From an uncultured Acidobacteriota bacterium (GTDB lineage Bacteria > Acidobacteriota > Vicinamibacteria > Vicinamibacterales > JAHECP01), in assembly GCA_963812185.1 (NCBI GenBank), contig CAWEUE010000004.1, positions 152,457 to 216,456 on the forward strand: a stretch of DNA of 64,000 bases, given 5' to 3'. Position numbers and translations under genes: made by a program. Shown one piece after another: positions 39,944 to 53,937 of this stretch; the stretch's first letter is position 1, and each line of letters opens with the position of its first letter. The notes under the pieces were generated by a model, which searched no databases, was not told the origin of the DNA, and was given only the letters and a program-made list of their open reading frames with translations.

Positions 39944-40947
39944 CAGCGCGCTCCGGGCACGGCGGCGGCCGGCTCGACCGCGTCGCCGTGGAGATAGCAC
40001 CGGACGGTGCGCCCGTCGCCGGCGCGCGACGCGCCGGGCGGCTGACGGTCGCACGGCTCGAAGCGGTCGGGGCAGCGCGGCGCGAAGGCGCAGCCGGGCG
40101 GCAGCGCGCCGAGCGAGGGCACGGCGCCGCGGATGGCCTTGAGCGGCGTCCCCGGCCGGCCGTCGGGCACCGACGCCAGCAGGGCGCGCGTGTACGGGTG
40201 TTTGGGATCGTGGAACAGGTCGGCGACCGGCGCCTCCTCGACGATGCGGCCGGCGTACATGACCGCGACGCGGTCGGCCGTCTCGGCGATAACGCCGAGG
40301 TCGTGCGTGATGAGGAGGAGCGACAGGCCGAAGCGCCCCTTCATCTCGCGGAGCAGGTCGAGGATCTCGGCCTGGACGGTCACGTCGAGCGCCGTGGTCG
40401 GCTCGTCGGCGATGAGCAGCGCGGGCCGGCAGGCGATCGCCATCGCGATCAGGGCGCGCTGGCGCAGGCCGCCGGAGAGCTGGTGCGGGTACTCGTCGAG
40501 GTGCCGCGCCGGCACGGGCATGCGGACGGCGGCGAGCAGCTCCTCGGCCTGGCGCCGCGCGTCGGCGCCGGTCGCGCGGCCGTGGACGGCCAGCGTCTCC
40601 TCGAGCTGGCTGCCGATCGTGAAGACGGGGTTGAGCGCCGTCATCGGCTCCTGGAACACGAGCGCGATGCCGGCGCCGCGCAGCGGGCGCATTTCGCGCT
40701 CGGGGAGCCCGACGAGGTCGCGGCCGCGGAAGCGGATCCGGCCCGAGGCGATCCGGCCGGGCGGCTGGACGAGCCGGAGGATGGAGAGCGCGGTCACCGA
40801 CTTGCCGCTGCCCGACTCGCCGACCAGGCCGAGGGTCTCGCCGGCGCCGACCGTGAAGCTCACCTGGTCGACGGCGGGGAGGGACCGGCCGCCGATGTCG
40901 AAGACGGTCGTCAGGCGGTCGACCTCGAGCAGCGGGGCGTCAGCCAA
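39943..40947 (-). CDS. Oligopeptide/dipeptide-type ABC transporter ATP-binding protein (OppD/DppD-like)
   Basis: [37 protein letters not shown]-terminal CAFAPRCP. The TTG start overlaps the last 8 nt of the mutase gene. Confidence 0.85.
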   Translation of the reverse strand: MADAPLLEVDRLTTVFDIGGRSLPAVDQVSFTVGAGETLGLVGESGSGKSVTALSILRLVQPPGRIASGRIRFRGRDLVGLPEREMRPLRGAGIALVFQEPMTALNPVFTIGSQLEETLAVHGRATGADARRQAEELLAAVRMPVPARHLDEYPHQLSGGLRQRALIAMAIACRPALLIADEPTTALDVTVQAEILDLLREMKGRFGLSLLLITHDLGVIAETADRVAVMYAGRIVEEAPVADLFHDPKHPYTRALLASVPDGRPGTPLKAIRGAVPSLGALPPGCAFAPRCPDRFEPCDRQPPGASRAGDGRTVRCYLHGDAVEPAAAVPGAR

Positions 40948-42493
40948 CGTCGATCTCCCGGTGCTCGCCGAAGACGGCGCGCAGCGCGTCGGCGATCTCG
41001 CCCACGGTGGCGCGCGCCTCGACGGCGGCGATGATGGGCGGCACCAGGTTGTCGGCGCCGCGCGCGGCGGCGCCGACCTGGTCGATGGCGGCGCGCCACG
41101 CGGCGGCGTCGCGGTCGGCGCGCGTCCGGCGGACCCGCGCGATCTGCCGCCGTTCCGTCTCGGGGTCGATGCGCAGCGTGTCGATCGCCGCGTCGTCGTC
41201 AGTCGCGAACCGGTTGACGCCGACGACCACCGTGTCGCCGCGGTCGATGGCCTGCTGCGCGCGGTAGGCCGACTCCTGGATCTCGCGCTGGATGAAGCCC
41301 GTCTCGATGGCCTTCAGCGTGCCGCCGGCGGCGTCGATGCGGTCGAGGATCTCGCGCGCGCCGGCGTCGATCTCGTCGGTGCGGCGCTCGATCGCCCAGG
41401 CGCCGGCGACCGGGTCCACGGTGTTGGCCACGCCGGTCTCGTGGGCGATGACCTGCTGCGTCCGGAGCGCGAGGCGCGCCGCGGCCTCGGTGGGCAGCGC
41501 GAGCGCCTCGTCGCGGCCGTTGCAGTGCAGCGACTGCGTGCCGCCGAGCACGGCCGCCATGGCCTGCAGCGCCACGCGGACGACGTTGTTGTCGGGCTGC
41601 CGGGCGGTGAGCGTGCTGCCCGCGGTCTGCGTGTGGAAGCGGAGCTGCTGCGCCCGCGGGTGCGTCGCGCCGAAACGGTCGCGCATCAGCCGCGCCCACA
41701 GCCGGCGCGCCGCGCGGAACTTCGCGATCTCCTCGACGAGGTCGTTGTGGGCGTTGAAGAAGAACGACAGGCGCTGGCCGAAGCGGTTCACGTCGAGCCC
41801 GGCGTCGACCGCCGCCTGCACGTAGGCGACGGCGTGCGCGAAGGTGAACGCCACCTCCTGGACCGCCGTCGCGCCGGCCTCCCGGATGTGGTACCCGCTG
41901 ATCGAGATCGGGTTCCAGTGGGGCACCTCGCGCTCGCAGTACGCGATGACGTCGGTCACCATGCGCATGGAGGCGCGCGGCGGGTAGATGAAGGTGCCCC
42001 GCGCGACGTACTCCTTGAGGATGTCGTTCTGCACCGTGCCGGCGAGCGCGCGCGGCTCGACGCCCTGGCGCCTGCCGACCGCCACGTAGAGCGCCAGCAG
42101 GATGATGGCGGTCGCGTTGATCGTCATCGAGGTCGACACGCGGTCGAGCGGGATGCCGTCGAACAGCTCCGCCATGTCGTCGATCGAGTCGATCGCGACG
42201 CCGACCCGGCCCACCTCGCCCGCGGCGAGCGGCGCGTCCGAGTCGTAGCCGATCTGCGTGGGCAGGTCGAACGCGACGCTGAGGCCGCTCACGCCCTGGG
42301 CGAGCAGGTAGCGGTAGCGCTGGTTCGACTCGGCCGCCGACCCGAAGCCGGCGTACTGCCGCATCGTCCAGAGGCGCCCGCGATACATCGTCGGCTGGAT
42401 GCCGCGCGTGTACGGGAACGAGCCGGGGTGGCCGAGATCCCGCTCGGCATCCCAGTCCGCCAGGTCGTCCGGCGTGAAGACAGGCTTGGTCAT
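40940..42493 (-). CDS. Methylmalonyl-CoA mutase, catalytic (N-terminal, TIM-barrel) subunit without B12-binding domain
   Basis: [26 protein letters not shown]...[15 protein letters not shown]...[21 protein letters not shown]. Tyr in RQYAGF and Arg in YVARG match the MCM rather than the ICM substrate pocket (from memory of the P. shermanii enzyme). Confidence 0.85.
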   Translation of the reverse strand: MTKPVFTPDDLADWDAERDLGHPGSFPYTRGIQPTMYRGRLWTMRQYAGFGSAAESNQRYRYLLAQGVSGLSVAFDLPTQIGYDSDAPLAAGEVGRVGVAIDSIDDMAELFDGIPLDRVSTSMTINATAIILLALYVAVGRRQGVEPRALAGTVQNDILKEYVARGTFIYPPRASMRMVTDVIAYCEREVPHWNPISISGYHIREAGATAVQEVAFTFAHAVAYVQAAVDAGLDVNRFGQRLSFFFNAHNDLVEEIAKFRAARRLWARLMRDRFGATHPRAQQLRFHTQTAGSTLTARQPDNNVVRVALQAMAAVLGGTQSLHCNGRDEALALPTEAAARLALRTQQVIAHETGVANTVDPVAGAWAIERRTDEIDAGAREILDRIDAAGGTLKAIETGFIQREIQESAYRAQQAIDRGDTVVVGVNRFATDDDAAIDTLRIDPETERRQIARVRRTRADRDAAAWRAAIDQVGAAARGADNLVPPIIAAVEARATVGEIADALRAVFGEHREIDVG

Positions 42494-42603
42494 GGCTGCG
42501 CGGGGCGCCGGCGATCCACGGCGGGCCGGACGCCCATCGAAATTCTAGACCAACGCGGGGCATTCCGCCCCGCGGGCGGCCGGCCGGAGGGACGCGGGCC
42601 AAA

Positions 42604-42632
42604 TTGACACTGACCGATCCCGAGTCTACAAT
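42604..42632 (+). promoter_or_regulatory. Near-consensus sigma70 promoter (TTGACA-17-TACAAT)
   Basis: Read directly. It would give a ~130-nt leader before ATG 42771. Confidence 0.55.
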
Positions 42633-42770
42633 GAATTCGGGTCCTGCATTTCGCCCTCCCTATGGACACCATGAACCCCCTGATCCCATCCCGGCGACCA
42701 CTCCAGGCGGATGTGGAGCGGGCGGCGACGCGCTCCGGGGGCCGCTGACCGGCGGCGCGGAGGAGGCAAC

Positions 42771-43067
42771 ATGGATGACGTCGTGAATCGCCTGGCGCAC
42801 GAGCTGGCCGATACCATTGCAGCCGTGGTTGCCGCGGATCCACGAGTCGAGGCCTGCCGCGAGAAGGCGCGCGCGGCGGGTTATGAGATGCGGGTGTCGC
42901 TCGAGGCGGTCGTCGGGTTCGCGAGCCGCACGGCACCCGGCACGGCCAAGCCCAAGGTGCCGCGCACGCGGCCGGTACGGGTGCCCGAGATGAACGCGAA
43001 CGACCGGCGGTTCCTGCGGTCACTCCGCATCGCCGCCGACGAACCCACCGGGAAGCAGGTCGAGTAG
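42771..43067 (+). CDS. Hypothetical 98-aa protein
   Basis: GGAGG 5 nt upstream of the [43 protein letters not shown]... No family recognised. Confidence 0.45.
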   Translation: MDDVVNRLAHELADTIAAVVAADPRVEACREKARAAGYEMRVSLEAVVGFASRTAPGTAKPKVPRTRPVRVPEMNANDRRFLRSLRIAADEPTGKQVE

Positions 43068-43097
43068 TTCCGGCGCCGCCCGACGGGCGTCGCCTCA

Positions 43098-43130
43098 CGC
43101 CGAACGAAGCCCGCACGGCTTCGTTCGGCG
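43098..43130. terminator. Perfect 14-bp stem hairpin between convergent genes (bidirectional terminator candidate)
   Basis: CGCCGAACGAAGCC-CGCAC-GGCTTCGTTCGGCG followed by TTCGT. Confidence 0.6.
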
Positions 43131-43151
43131 TTCGTACGTACGGGCCCGCGC

Positions 43152-45808
<2,657 letters not shown>

Positions 45809-45921
45809 GGTCGGCCCTTCGGTTTGGGGCGGTGCGGCGGCCGGCGCTCGGGGGCCTCGGTCGACGAGGACCCAGGGGCCGATGATATCATGCCGGCTCG
45901 GGCCGGACGGGTGTGCGAAAT

Positions 45922-45948
45922 CCGGCAAAATCTCTTGGATTCAACGGT
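45922..45948 (+). promoter_or_regulatory. Shared upstream motif, copy 1 (CCGGCAAAATC-tc-TTGGATTCAACGGT), abutting the -35
   Basis: The 14-mer TTGGATTCAACGGT is identical to 49184..49197. A CCGGCAAA(A)TC block precedes both copies. Confidence 0.35.
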
Positions 45949-45977
45949 TTGACTTGCCCTTCCGCCTCGCCTATCAT
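45949..45977 (+). promoter_or_regulatory. Sigma70-type promoter candidate (TTGACT-17-TATCAT)
   Basis: Read directly, about 45 nt upstream of ATG 46023 (SD GGGAGAG). Confidence 0.5.
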
Positions 45978-46022
45978 TGGGATACTGGGCGGTTCGGCTT
46001 TATACGCAATCGGGAGAGATCC

Positions 46023-47087
46023 ATGATTTCTAAGGGAAGGCGCCTCGGCTGTCGGCTGACGGCCCTCGCCGTGGCCGTGCTGCTGGCGGCGCCGGTCGCG
46101 GGCGCGGCGGCGGCGCAGAAGAACGGCAAGAAGCAGGAGCCCAAGCGCTCCAAGGAAGAGAACCAGCAGATCCAGGCCGTCTACCAGGCGGTGGACAAGG
46201 TCATGGCGGGCGATCCCGCACCCGCGTCGTTCCAGATCGGCTGGCACAACGATTTTCTGAAGGCGCAGAACGGCCTGATCTACGTGCCGTTCACCCTGTC
46301 GGTCGACCCCTCGGCGCTCCCGCGGAAGGACGTCGTGGTCTACCTGCGCGTGGCCGAGCGGCCCTCGGCCGACGAAGCGGCGGAGAGCGGCAAGGACAAG
46401 GACAAGGACGGGAAAGAGCGGGTCTACCCCTACGAGGACGTGTGGTTCCCGACGCTGGCCTCGCCGGCGGCCGGGCTGCCCCTCGAGCTGAGCCGGGCGT
46501 TCGCCGTCAAGGCGGGCGACTACGACGTCTACATCGGCGTTCGCGAGCGGACGAAGGACAAGAAGGCGAAGCCGGTCGAGACGGTGCTCAAGCAGCCGCT
46601 GACGGTGCCGGACTACTGGAACGGCCAGCTGGCGACGAGCAGCGTGATCGTGGCCGACAGCGTGAAGCAGCTGGCCGCGCCGCTCTCGGCGAAGGAGCAG
46701 GCCGATCAGCCCTACACGATCGGGCAGATGCAGATCACGCCCGCGCTCGACCCGACGTTCAAGAAGACCAGTGAGCTGTCGATCATCTTCCTCGTCTACA
46801 ACCCGGCGCTCAAGGACAACAAGCCGGACGTGGCGGTCGAGTACAAGTTCAACCAGAAGACCGCCGACGGTGAGAAGTACTTCAACAAGACCGCTCCCAC
46901 GCTGCTGAACGCGTCGACGCTCCCGCCCAACTTCGACCTGGGCGCGGGCCATCAGCTGGTGGCGGGCCAGTCGGTGCCGCTGGCGTCGTTTCCGCCCGGC
47001 GACTACCGGCTGGAGATCGACGTGCAGGACAAGCTGTCGCAGAAGACGATCACGCGCGACGTCTTCTTCACCGTGGCAGGCTCGTAA
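46023..47087 (+). CDS. Hypothetical secreted protein (354 aa)
   Basis: Signal peptide LTALAVAVLLAAPVAGAAAAQ, Lys/Glu-rich stretches, beta-rich C-terminal part ending PGDYRLEIDVQD...VFFTVAGS. Family not recognised. Confidence 0.55.
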   Translation: MISKGRRLGCRLTALAVAVLLAAPVAGAAAAQKNGKKQEPKRSKEENQQIQAVYQAVDKVMAGDPAPASFQIGWHNDFLKAQNGLIYVPFTLSVDPSALPRKDVVVYLRVAERPSADEAAESGKDKDKDGKERVYPYEDVWFPTLASPAAGLPLELSRAFAVKAGDYDVYIGVRERTKDKKAKPVETVLKQPLTVPDYWNGQLATSSVIVADSVKQLAAPLSAKEQADQPYTIGQMQITPALDPTFKKTSELSIIFLVYNPALKDNKPDVAVEYKFNQKTADGEKYFNKTAPTLLNASTLPPNFDLGAGHQLVAGQSVPLASFPPGDYRLEIDVQDKLSQKTITRDVFFTVAGS

Positions 47088-47121
47088 GGATCGGCGTCAA
47101 CCTCCCGCTCCCGGAGGTCCG

Positions 47122-49008
47122 ATGAGACACCCAACTCGAACGCTCGCGACCGTGCTGGTGCTCGGCCTGGCGGGTGTCGTGCGTCTCGGGGCTCAGCCGG
47201 CGCCCGTTCCGGAGTCCGTCCGCCAGGCGAGCCTGGCCGACGGCGTCATCCAGGGCACGGTCAGCGACGCCGCTGGCCGCGGCCTCGCCGGCGCCCTCGT
47301 CACCGCGCTCGGCGCGGCGAGCGCGGTGGTGACCACCGACCTGGACGGCACGTTCACGATGCGGGGGCTGCCGCCGGGGCACTACCTCCTGCGCGCCCAT
47401 CTCGCCGGCTTCTTCGCCTCGGAGCGCGAGATGATCGAGCTCCGGCCCAACGCCCGGCTCGTGCGCCTGATTCAGCTGCGCGCCGCGGCCGCCGAGGCCA
47501 TGTCGGTCCCGGCGGTGATGACGGCCGGCTTCCCGGGCGACCTCTTCCAGCCGGCGCCCGGTTCGGGCGACGACGCGGCCGGCGGCGACCACCCGCACAC
47601 GCCGATGGCGTGGCAGCTGCGGCACATCAAGCGCAGCGTGCTGCGCGACGTCAACGGCCTGCCCCTCGACTTCGGCGCGGCCGACGACACGCTGCAGCCC
47701 GGCGACGCGTCCCCGGGCACGTGGCTCGGCTGGGCGTTCGCCTCGTCGGCGCGCATGGCCAGCGCCCTCTTCTCGGAGTTCCCCTTCAGCGGCGAGATCA
47801 ACCTGCTGACGACCAGCACGTTCGACGACCCGCAGGACCTGTTCTCCGGCGACCGCCTGCCCCGCGGCGTCGCGTTCCTGTCGCTCGGCGCGCCTGCCGG
47901 CGAAGGGGACTGGTCCATGAAGGCCGCGCTCACCGGCGGCGACGTGTCGTCCTGGATCCTGGCCGGTTCCTACGCGGTCCATGGCCCCCGGGCGCACGCC
48001 TACGACGTCGGCCTCTCCTACGGCACGCAGGCCTACAAGGGCGGCAACACCGCCGCCCTGGCCGCGCTCGCCGACAGCACCCGCAACGTCGGCGCCGTGT
48101 ACGCGTTCGACGACTGGAAGATCTCGCGCCGTGTCGAGCTCGACTACGGGGCGCGGTGGGCCCGCTACGGCTACGTCGACCGGCCGAACATGTTGAGCCC
48201 GCGCGCCGCGCTGCGCGTGTCGCCGTTCGCCCGCACGTTCCTGCGCGCGTCGGTGTCCCAGCGCATGCTCGCGCCGGGCGCCGAGGAGTTCCTGCCGCCG
48301 ACCTCCGGCGTCTGGCTCCCGCCGGAGCGGACCTTCACCGGCATCGGCTCCGGGGGCTTCCGCGCCGAGCGCGTCCGGTCGTTCGGGCTGGCGCTCGAGC
48401 GGCAGCTGGACGATTCGTTCGTGCTGTCCGTCCGCCGCTTCTACCAGCGGTCCGACGACCAGATGGTGACGCTGTTCGGGTTCGGACCAGCGCTCGGCGT
48501 CGGCGCGGACCGCGGGCACTACTACGTCGGCTCGACCGGCGGCGTGGACGCCGACGGCTGGGGCGTCAGCCTGAGCAGCTCGTCGTCGAGCCGCCTCAAG
48601 GGGTCGATCGACTACAGCCGGACGCGCGCGCGCTGGACGACCTCGACCGACGCCGGCCTGCTCGAGACGCTGGTGCCGTCGGCCGTTCGGCTCGACTCGG
48701 AGGACTTCCAGGATCTGACCACCTCGGTCGAGGCCGCGATTCCGGAGACGGCCACCCGCGTGTACGTGGTCTACAAGCTGAACACGGCCTTCGCCCGCGC
48801 CGACGCGACCACCCCGGGGTTCGACGGCCGCTTCGACGTCCAGGTCAACCAGACGCTGCCCTTCCGGCTGGTCAGCGCCGAGTGGGAAGTGCTGGTCGGC
48901 GTTCGCAATCTGTTCCGCGAGGCGGGCGACCAGGGGTCGGTCTACGACGAGCTGCTGGTCGTGCGGCCGCCCAAGCGCATCATCGGCGGCGTGCTGGTGC
49001 GCTTCTAG
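47122..49008 (+). CDS. Outer-membrane beta-barrel protein with N-terminal CarboxypepD_reg domain (TonB-dependent-receptor-like)
   Basis: Signal peptide. GVIQGTVSDAAGRGLAGALVTALG...TDLDGTFTMRGLPPGHYLLRA. Alternating-hydrophobic barrel strands, C-terminal aromatic residue (GGVLVRF). Confidence 0.7.
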   Translation: MRHPTRTLATVLVLGLAGVVRLGAQPAPVPESVRQASLADGVIQGTVSDAAGRGLAGALVTALGAASAVVTTDLDGTFTMRGLPPGHYLLRAHLAGFFASEREMIELRPNARLVRLIQLRAAAAEAMSVPAVMTAGFPGDLFQPAPGSGDDAAGGDHPHTPMAWQLRHIKRSVLRDVNGLPLDFGAADDTLQPGDASPGTWLGWAFASSARMASALFSEFPFSGEINLLTTSTFDDPQDLFSGDRLPRGVAFLSLGAPAGEGDWSMKAALTGGDVSSWILAGSYAVHGPRAHAYDVGLSYGTQAYKGGNTAALAALADSTRNVGAVYAFDDWKISRRVELDYGARWARYGYVDRPNMLSPRAALRVSPFARTFLRASVSQRMLAPGAEEFLPPTSGVWLPPERTFTGIGSGGFRAERVRSFGLALERQLDDSFVLSVRRFYQRSDDQMVTLFGFGPALGVGADRGHYYVGSTGGVDADGWGVSLSSSSSSRLKGSIDYSRTRARWTTSTDAGLLETLVPSAVRLDSEDFQDLTTSVEAAIPETATRVYVVYKLNTAFARADATTPGFDGRFDVQVNQTLPFRLVSAEWEVLVGVRNLFREAGDQGSVYDELLVVRPPKRIIGGVLVRF

Positions 49009-49040
49009 GCGCGCCCCGCCGGGACGTTCGTGGCAACTCG

Positions 49041-49075
49041 AAGGGGTGCAGCGCTCGCCTGCACCCCTTTTTTTA
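49041..49075 (+). terminator. Rho-independent terminator
   Basis: AAGGGGTGCAG-CGCTCGC-CTGCACCCCTT with a TTTTTTT run. Confidence 0.85.
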
Positions 49076-49145
49076 TGGGAGGCAGGGTCGGGTCCTGACA
49101 ACTGTCCGTTAATCCGCAGGTTAGCGCGACGTCACCGTCACGGAA

Positions 49146-49197
49146 CCGGCAAATCCAAATGATTGGGATTTCGATACGGACAGTTGGATTCAACGGT
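49146..49197 (+). promoter_or_regulatory. Shared upstream motif, copy 2 (CCGGCAAATC ... TTGGATTCAACGGT) inside a structured AT-rich leader
   Basis: Same blocks as 45922..45948, but separated by a ~28-nt insert containing an AAATCCAA/TTGGGATTT hairpin. Confidence 0.35.
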
Positions 49198-49354
49198 GCT
49201 CTTCAGTGTTGAAACGGGCTTAACGGCCTGATAGAGCACGGTTTATGAGGCAGAGCCCGTACCCGGTCGTGGAATGTCGTTTGCTTCGACTCCAATGTTT
49301 GGGCCTCGTAGTGTGTCCAGTCGTGACCACGAGGGGCCCGTCCGAGTCAGGCGC

Positions 49355-52220
49355 ATGACGGCTGGAACCAGGTTCTCGTGGGTGCGGGTGGCGTGGCCGG
49401 TGGGCGTCGTCGCGCTCCTGCTGTGCCTGGCCGCCGCCAACGTGGCCCGGCGGGCCTGGACCGAGGTCGAGGACGGCGTGCTGTGGGCGGGCCGTCCCGA
49501 GGGCGTCGTGGCGGTGGAGGTGGCGCCCGGCTCGCCGGCGGCGCAGGCGGGCGTGCGCGCCGGCGACATCCTCGAGCTCGTCGACAGCCGGCCGGTCGAT
49601 CGGCCGCGCGACGTCCTCTCGCTCCTGCACCGGGGGCGCCGGGGTGAGGCGGTCTCCTACACGCTGGTGCGGCCGTCGGCCCAGGTGGCGCTCACGCTGC
49701 ACCTGGAGCCGATTCCCACCGGCGACCTGACGATCTACTACATCCTGGCGGCGGTCGGCATCTTCACGCTGCTCGTGGGCGCGTCGGTGCGCCTGCGCCG
49801 GCCCGGCGACCAGGCGACGCTGCACTTCTTCTGGCTGTCGGTGGCGTTCTTCGGCGTGATGGCGTTCTCGTACAGCGGCCGCCTCGACACGCTCGACTGG
49901 GTGTTCTTCTGGGGCGACGTGGTGGCGCTGCTCGCCGTCCCGCCCATGTTCCTCCACTTCGCGCTGGTGTTTCCCGACCGGCCCGATGCGTGGGTGCACT
50001 CCGACACGGGCCGCACGCTGCTGCCGCTCATCTACCTGCCCTCGCTGCTGCTCGGCGGCGCGCGGGTGGCGGTGATCGCGCGCGGCGCGGCCGCGAGCAC
50101 GCTGATCTCGCGGGTGCTCGAGACAGTGGACCGGCTGGAGCTGCTGGTGCTCGCCGTCTACCTCATCGCGGGCCTCGCGCTGATGGTGCGGGCGCTCGGG
50201 CGCGTGCGCTCGGTCACGGCCCGGCGTCAGCTGCGCTGGATCACGTGGGGCACGCTGCTCGGCGGCCTGCCGTTCGCGCTGGGCTACGGACTGCCCTGGG
50301 CGTTCGGCTTCGACCCGCTGCCGGGGATGGAGTACACGGCGGTGCTGCTCGGCCTCGTGCCGCTGGCCTTCGCATCGGCCATCGTGCGCTACCGGCTGAT
50401 GGACGTCGAGGTCATCATCAAGCGCGGGCTGGTCTACGCGGCGGCCGTGGCGGCGATCGCGGCGATCTACGCCGTCCTGCTGCGGGTGGCCGGCGGCGTG
50501 CTGCTCGACTCACCGGATCAGCACAACACCGTCATCGCGATGCTCGCCACGCTGGTCGTGGTGCTGCTCGCCAACCCGGTGAAGAACGCCATCCAGACGG
50601 CGCTCGACCGCGTGTACTACCGCGACCGCTACGACTACCGGCGGGCGCTGGTGGCCTTCGCCCGCGACCTGAACAGCGACCTCGACCTGCTGCGGCTGAG
50701 CGAGCGGCTCGTCACGCGCGTGCGCGAGACGCTGCTCGTCGACCGGATGGCGCTGATGCTGGCGCCGACTGGCGTCCGGGACGGCCGGCGACTTCAGCAC
50801 GATCGCGTCGGCCGGCTTCGAGGAGACGAACCTGCCGGTGCGGCTGACCCGCGCGTCGGACCTCGGCGCTCGGCTGATCGGCCGGCACCTGATCGCGCTC
50901 GACGACCCGATCACGCTCCGGCGGGTCTCCGCGAAGGAGATCGAGGCCTGGCGCGACGCGGGCATCTACTACTTCGTGCCCTGCGTGTCGAAGGAGGGCA
51001 CGATCGCCGTGATGGCGCTGGGCCGCAAGCCGCGCGTCGAGCCGCTCAGCAGCGAGGACATGGCGCTGCTGGCGGCGGTGGCCGGCCAGGTGGCCACCGC
51101 GCTCGAGAACGGCCGGCTCTACCGCCAGCTGCACGTGAAGGCCGACGAAGCTCGAGCGCATGCGCGAGTTCAGCGAGAACATCCTGGAGTCGCTCGACGA
51201 CGGGCTGGTCGTGCGTCGACGTCGCGGAGCGCGATCGTGCGGTGGAACCGCGCGCTCGAGGAGTCTGTTCGGGCGTCCGGCGGGCCGAGGCGGTCGGCCG
51301 CCGGCTCGACGAGCTGTTCGACGCGACGTTCGTCGAGGCGCTGCGTCGGCGCGCGGCGCGAGCACCCGACGGCACCGACGCTCTACCGGCGTGCCGCTGG
51401 ACGGTCGGCCCCGGCGACGCGCCGACGCCGGCTGCTGGCTGAACGTGACGGTCGTCACCGCTGCACGCTCCGGACGCCGTCAGGCGTCGACGGGCGGCAC
51501 GATCGTGCTCATCGAGGACATCACCTCGCGGGTCCAGCTCGAGGAGCAGCTGCAGATCTCCGAGAAGATGGCCTCGATCGGCCTGCTGGCCGCCGGCGTG
51601 GCGCACGAGGTGAACACGCCGCTCACCGGCATCTCGAGCTTCACCCAGATGCTGCTCGAGCGGGCCGACCCGACGACCCGCGGACGCGGCTGCTGGAGAA
51701 GATCGAGCGCCAGACGTTCCGGGCCGCGAAGATCGTCAACGGGCTGCTGAACCTGTCGCGGCCCGGCGCGCCGGGTGGACGAGCGCGGCCGGTGGACCTG
51801 CACGCCGTCGTCAACGACGTCCTGTCGCTGCTCGAGCACCAGTTCGAGGACGGCCAGGATCAAGGTGCGCCGCGAGCTCGCCGCCGGCGCCCGCTCGGTC
51901 GTCGAGGGCATCGAGCACAAGCTCCAGCAGGTGTTCCTGAACCTCTTCCTGAACGCGCGCGACGCCATGCCCAAGGGCGGCTGGCTGTCGGTGTGCGACG
52001 CGCGTACGACGGAGGCCAGGCCTCGGTCGGAGGTCGCCGACACCGGGCTCGGGCATTCCGGCGGAGCACCTGTCGCGGATCTACGATCCGTTCTTCACGA
52101 CCAAGGCGATCGGCCAGGGCACGGGCCTCGGGCTGTCGATCACCTACGGCATCGTGCAGGAGCACGGCGGCGCGATCGCACTGCGACAGCGTCGTCGGCC
52201 AGGGGACGCGTTTCACCTGA
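49355..52220 (+). CDS. Sensor histidine kinase (TM - periplasmic PDZ - polytopic membrane domain - GAF - PAS - HisKA - HATPase); many frame breaks after ~50770; 3' end ambiguous
   Basis: PDZ ([25 protein letters not shown]), about 8 TM helices, GAF ([22 protein letters not shown]...[10 protein letters not shown]), PAS ([27 protein letters not shown]), H-box ([18 protein letters not shown]), N/G boxes ([47 protein letters not shown]). The parts are recovered from all three frames. Confidence 0.8.
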
Positions 52221-52276
52221 CACTGCCGCTCGTCGCGGACCCGGACGGTCGACGCGGCGAACCAGTCGGGCCGACG

Positions 52277-53870
<1,594 letters not shown>

Positions 53871-53937
53871 CGGGATTGGGACTTCGCCGGCGCCACGGAG
53901 GGCTGAAGCCCGTCGTGGTGAAGATCCTCGGTGGTGA

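Noticed and set aside
46023-47087. Assigning the secreted 354-aa protein to the GWxTD-domain family because of IGWHNDF.
   Set aside because: The motif reads GWHND, not GWxTD(RG), and I cannot verify the rest of the domain by eye. The protein is left as hypothetical.
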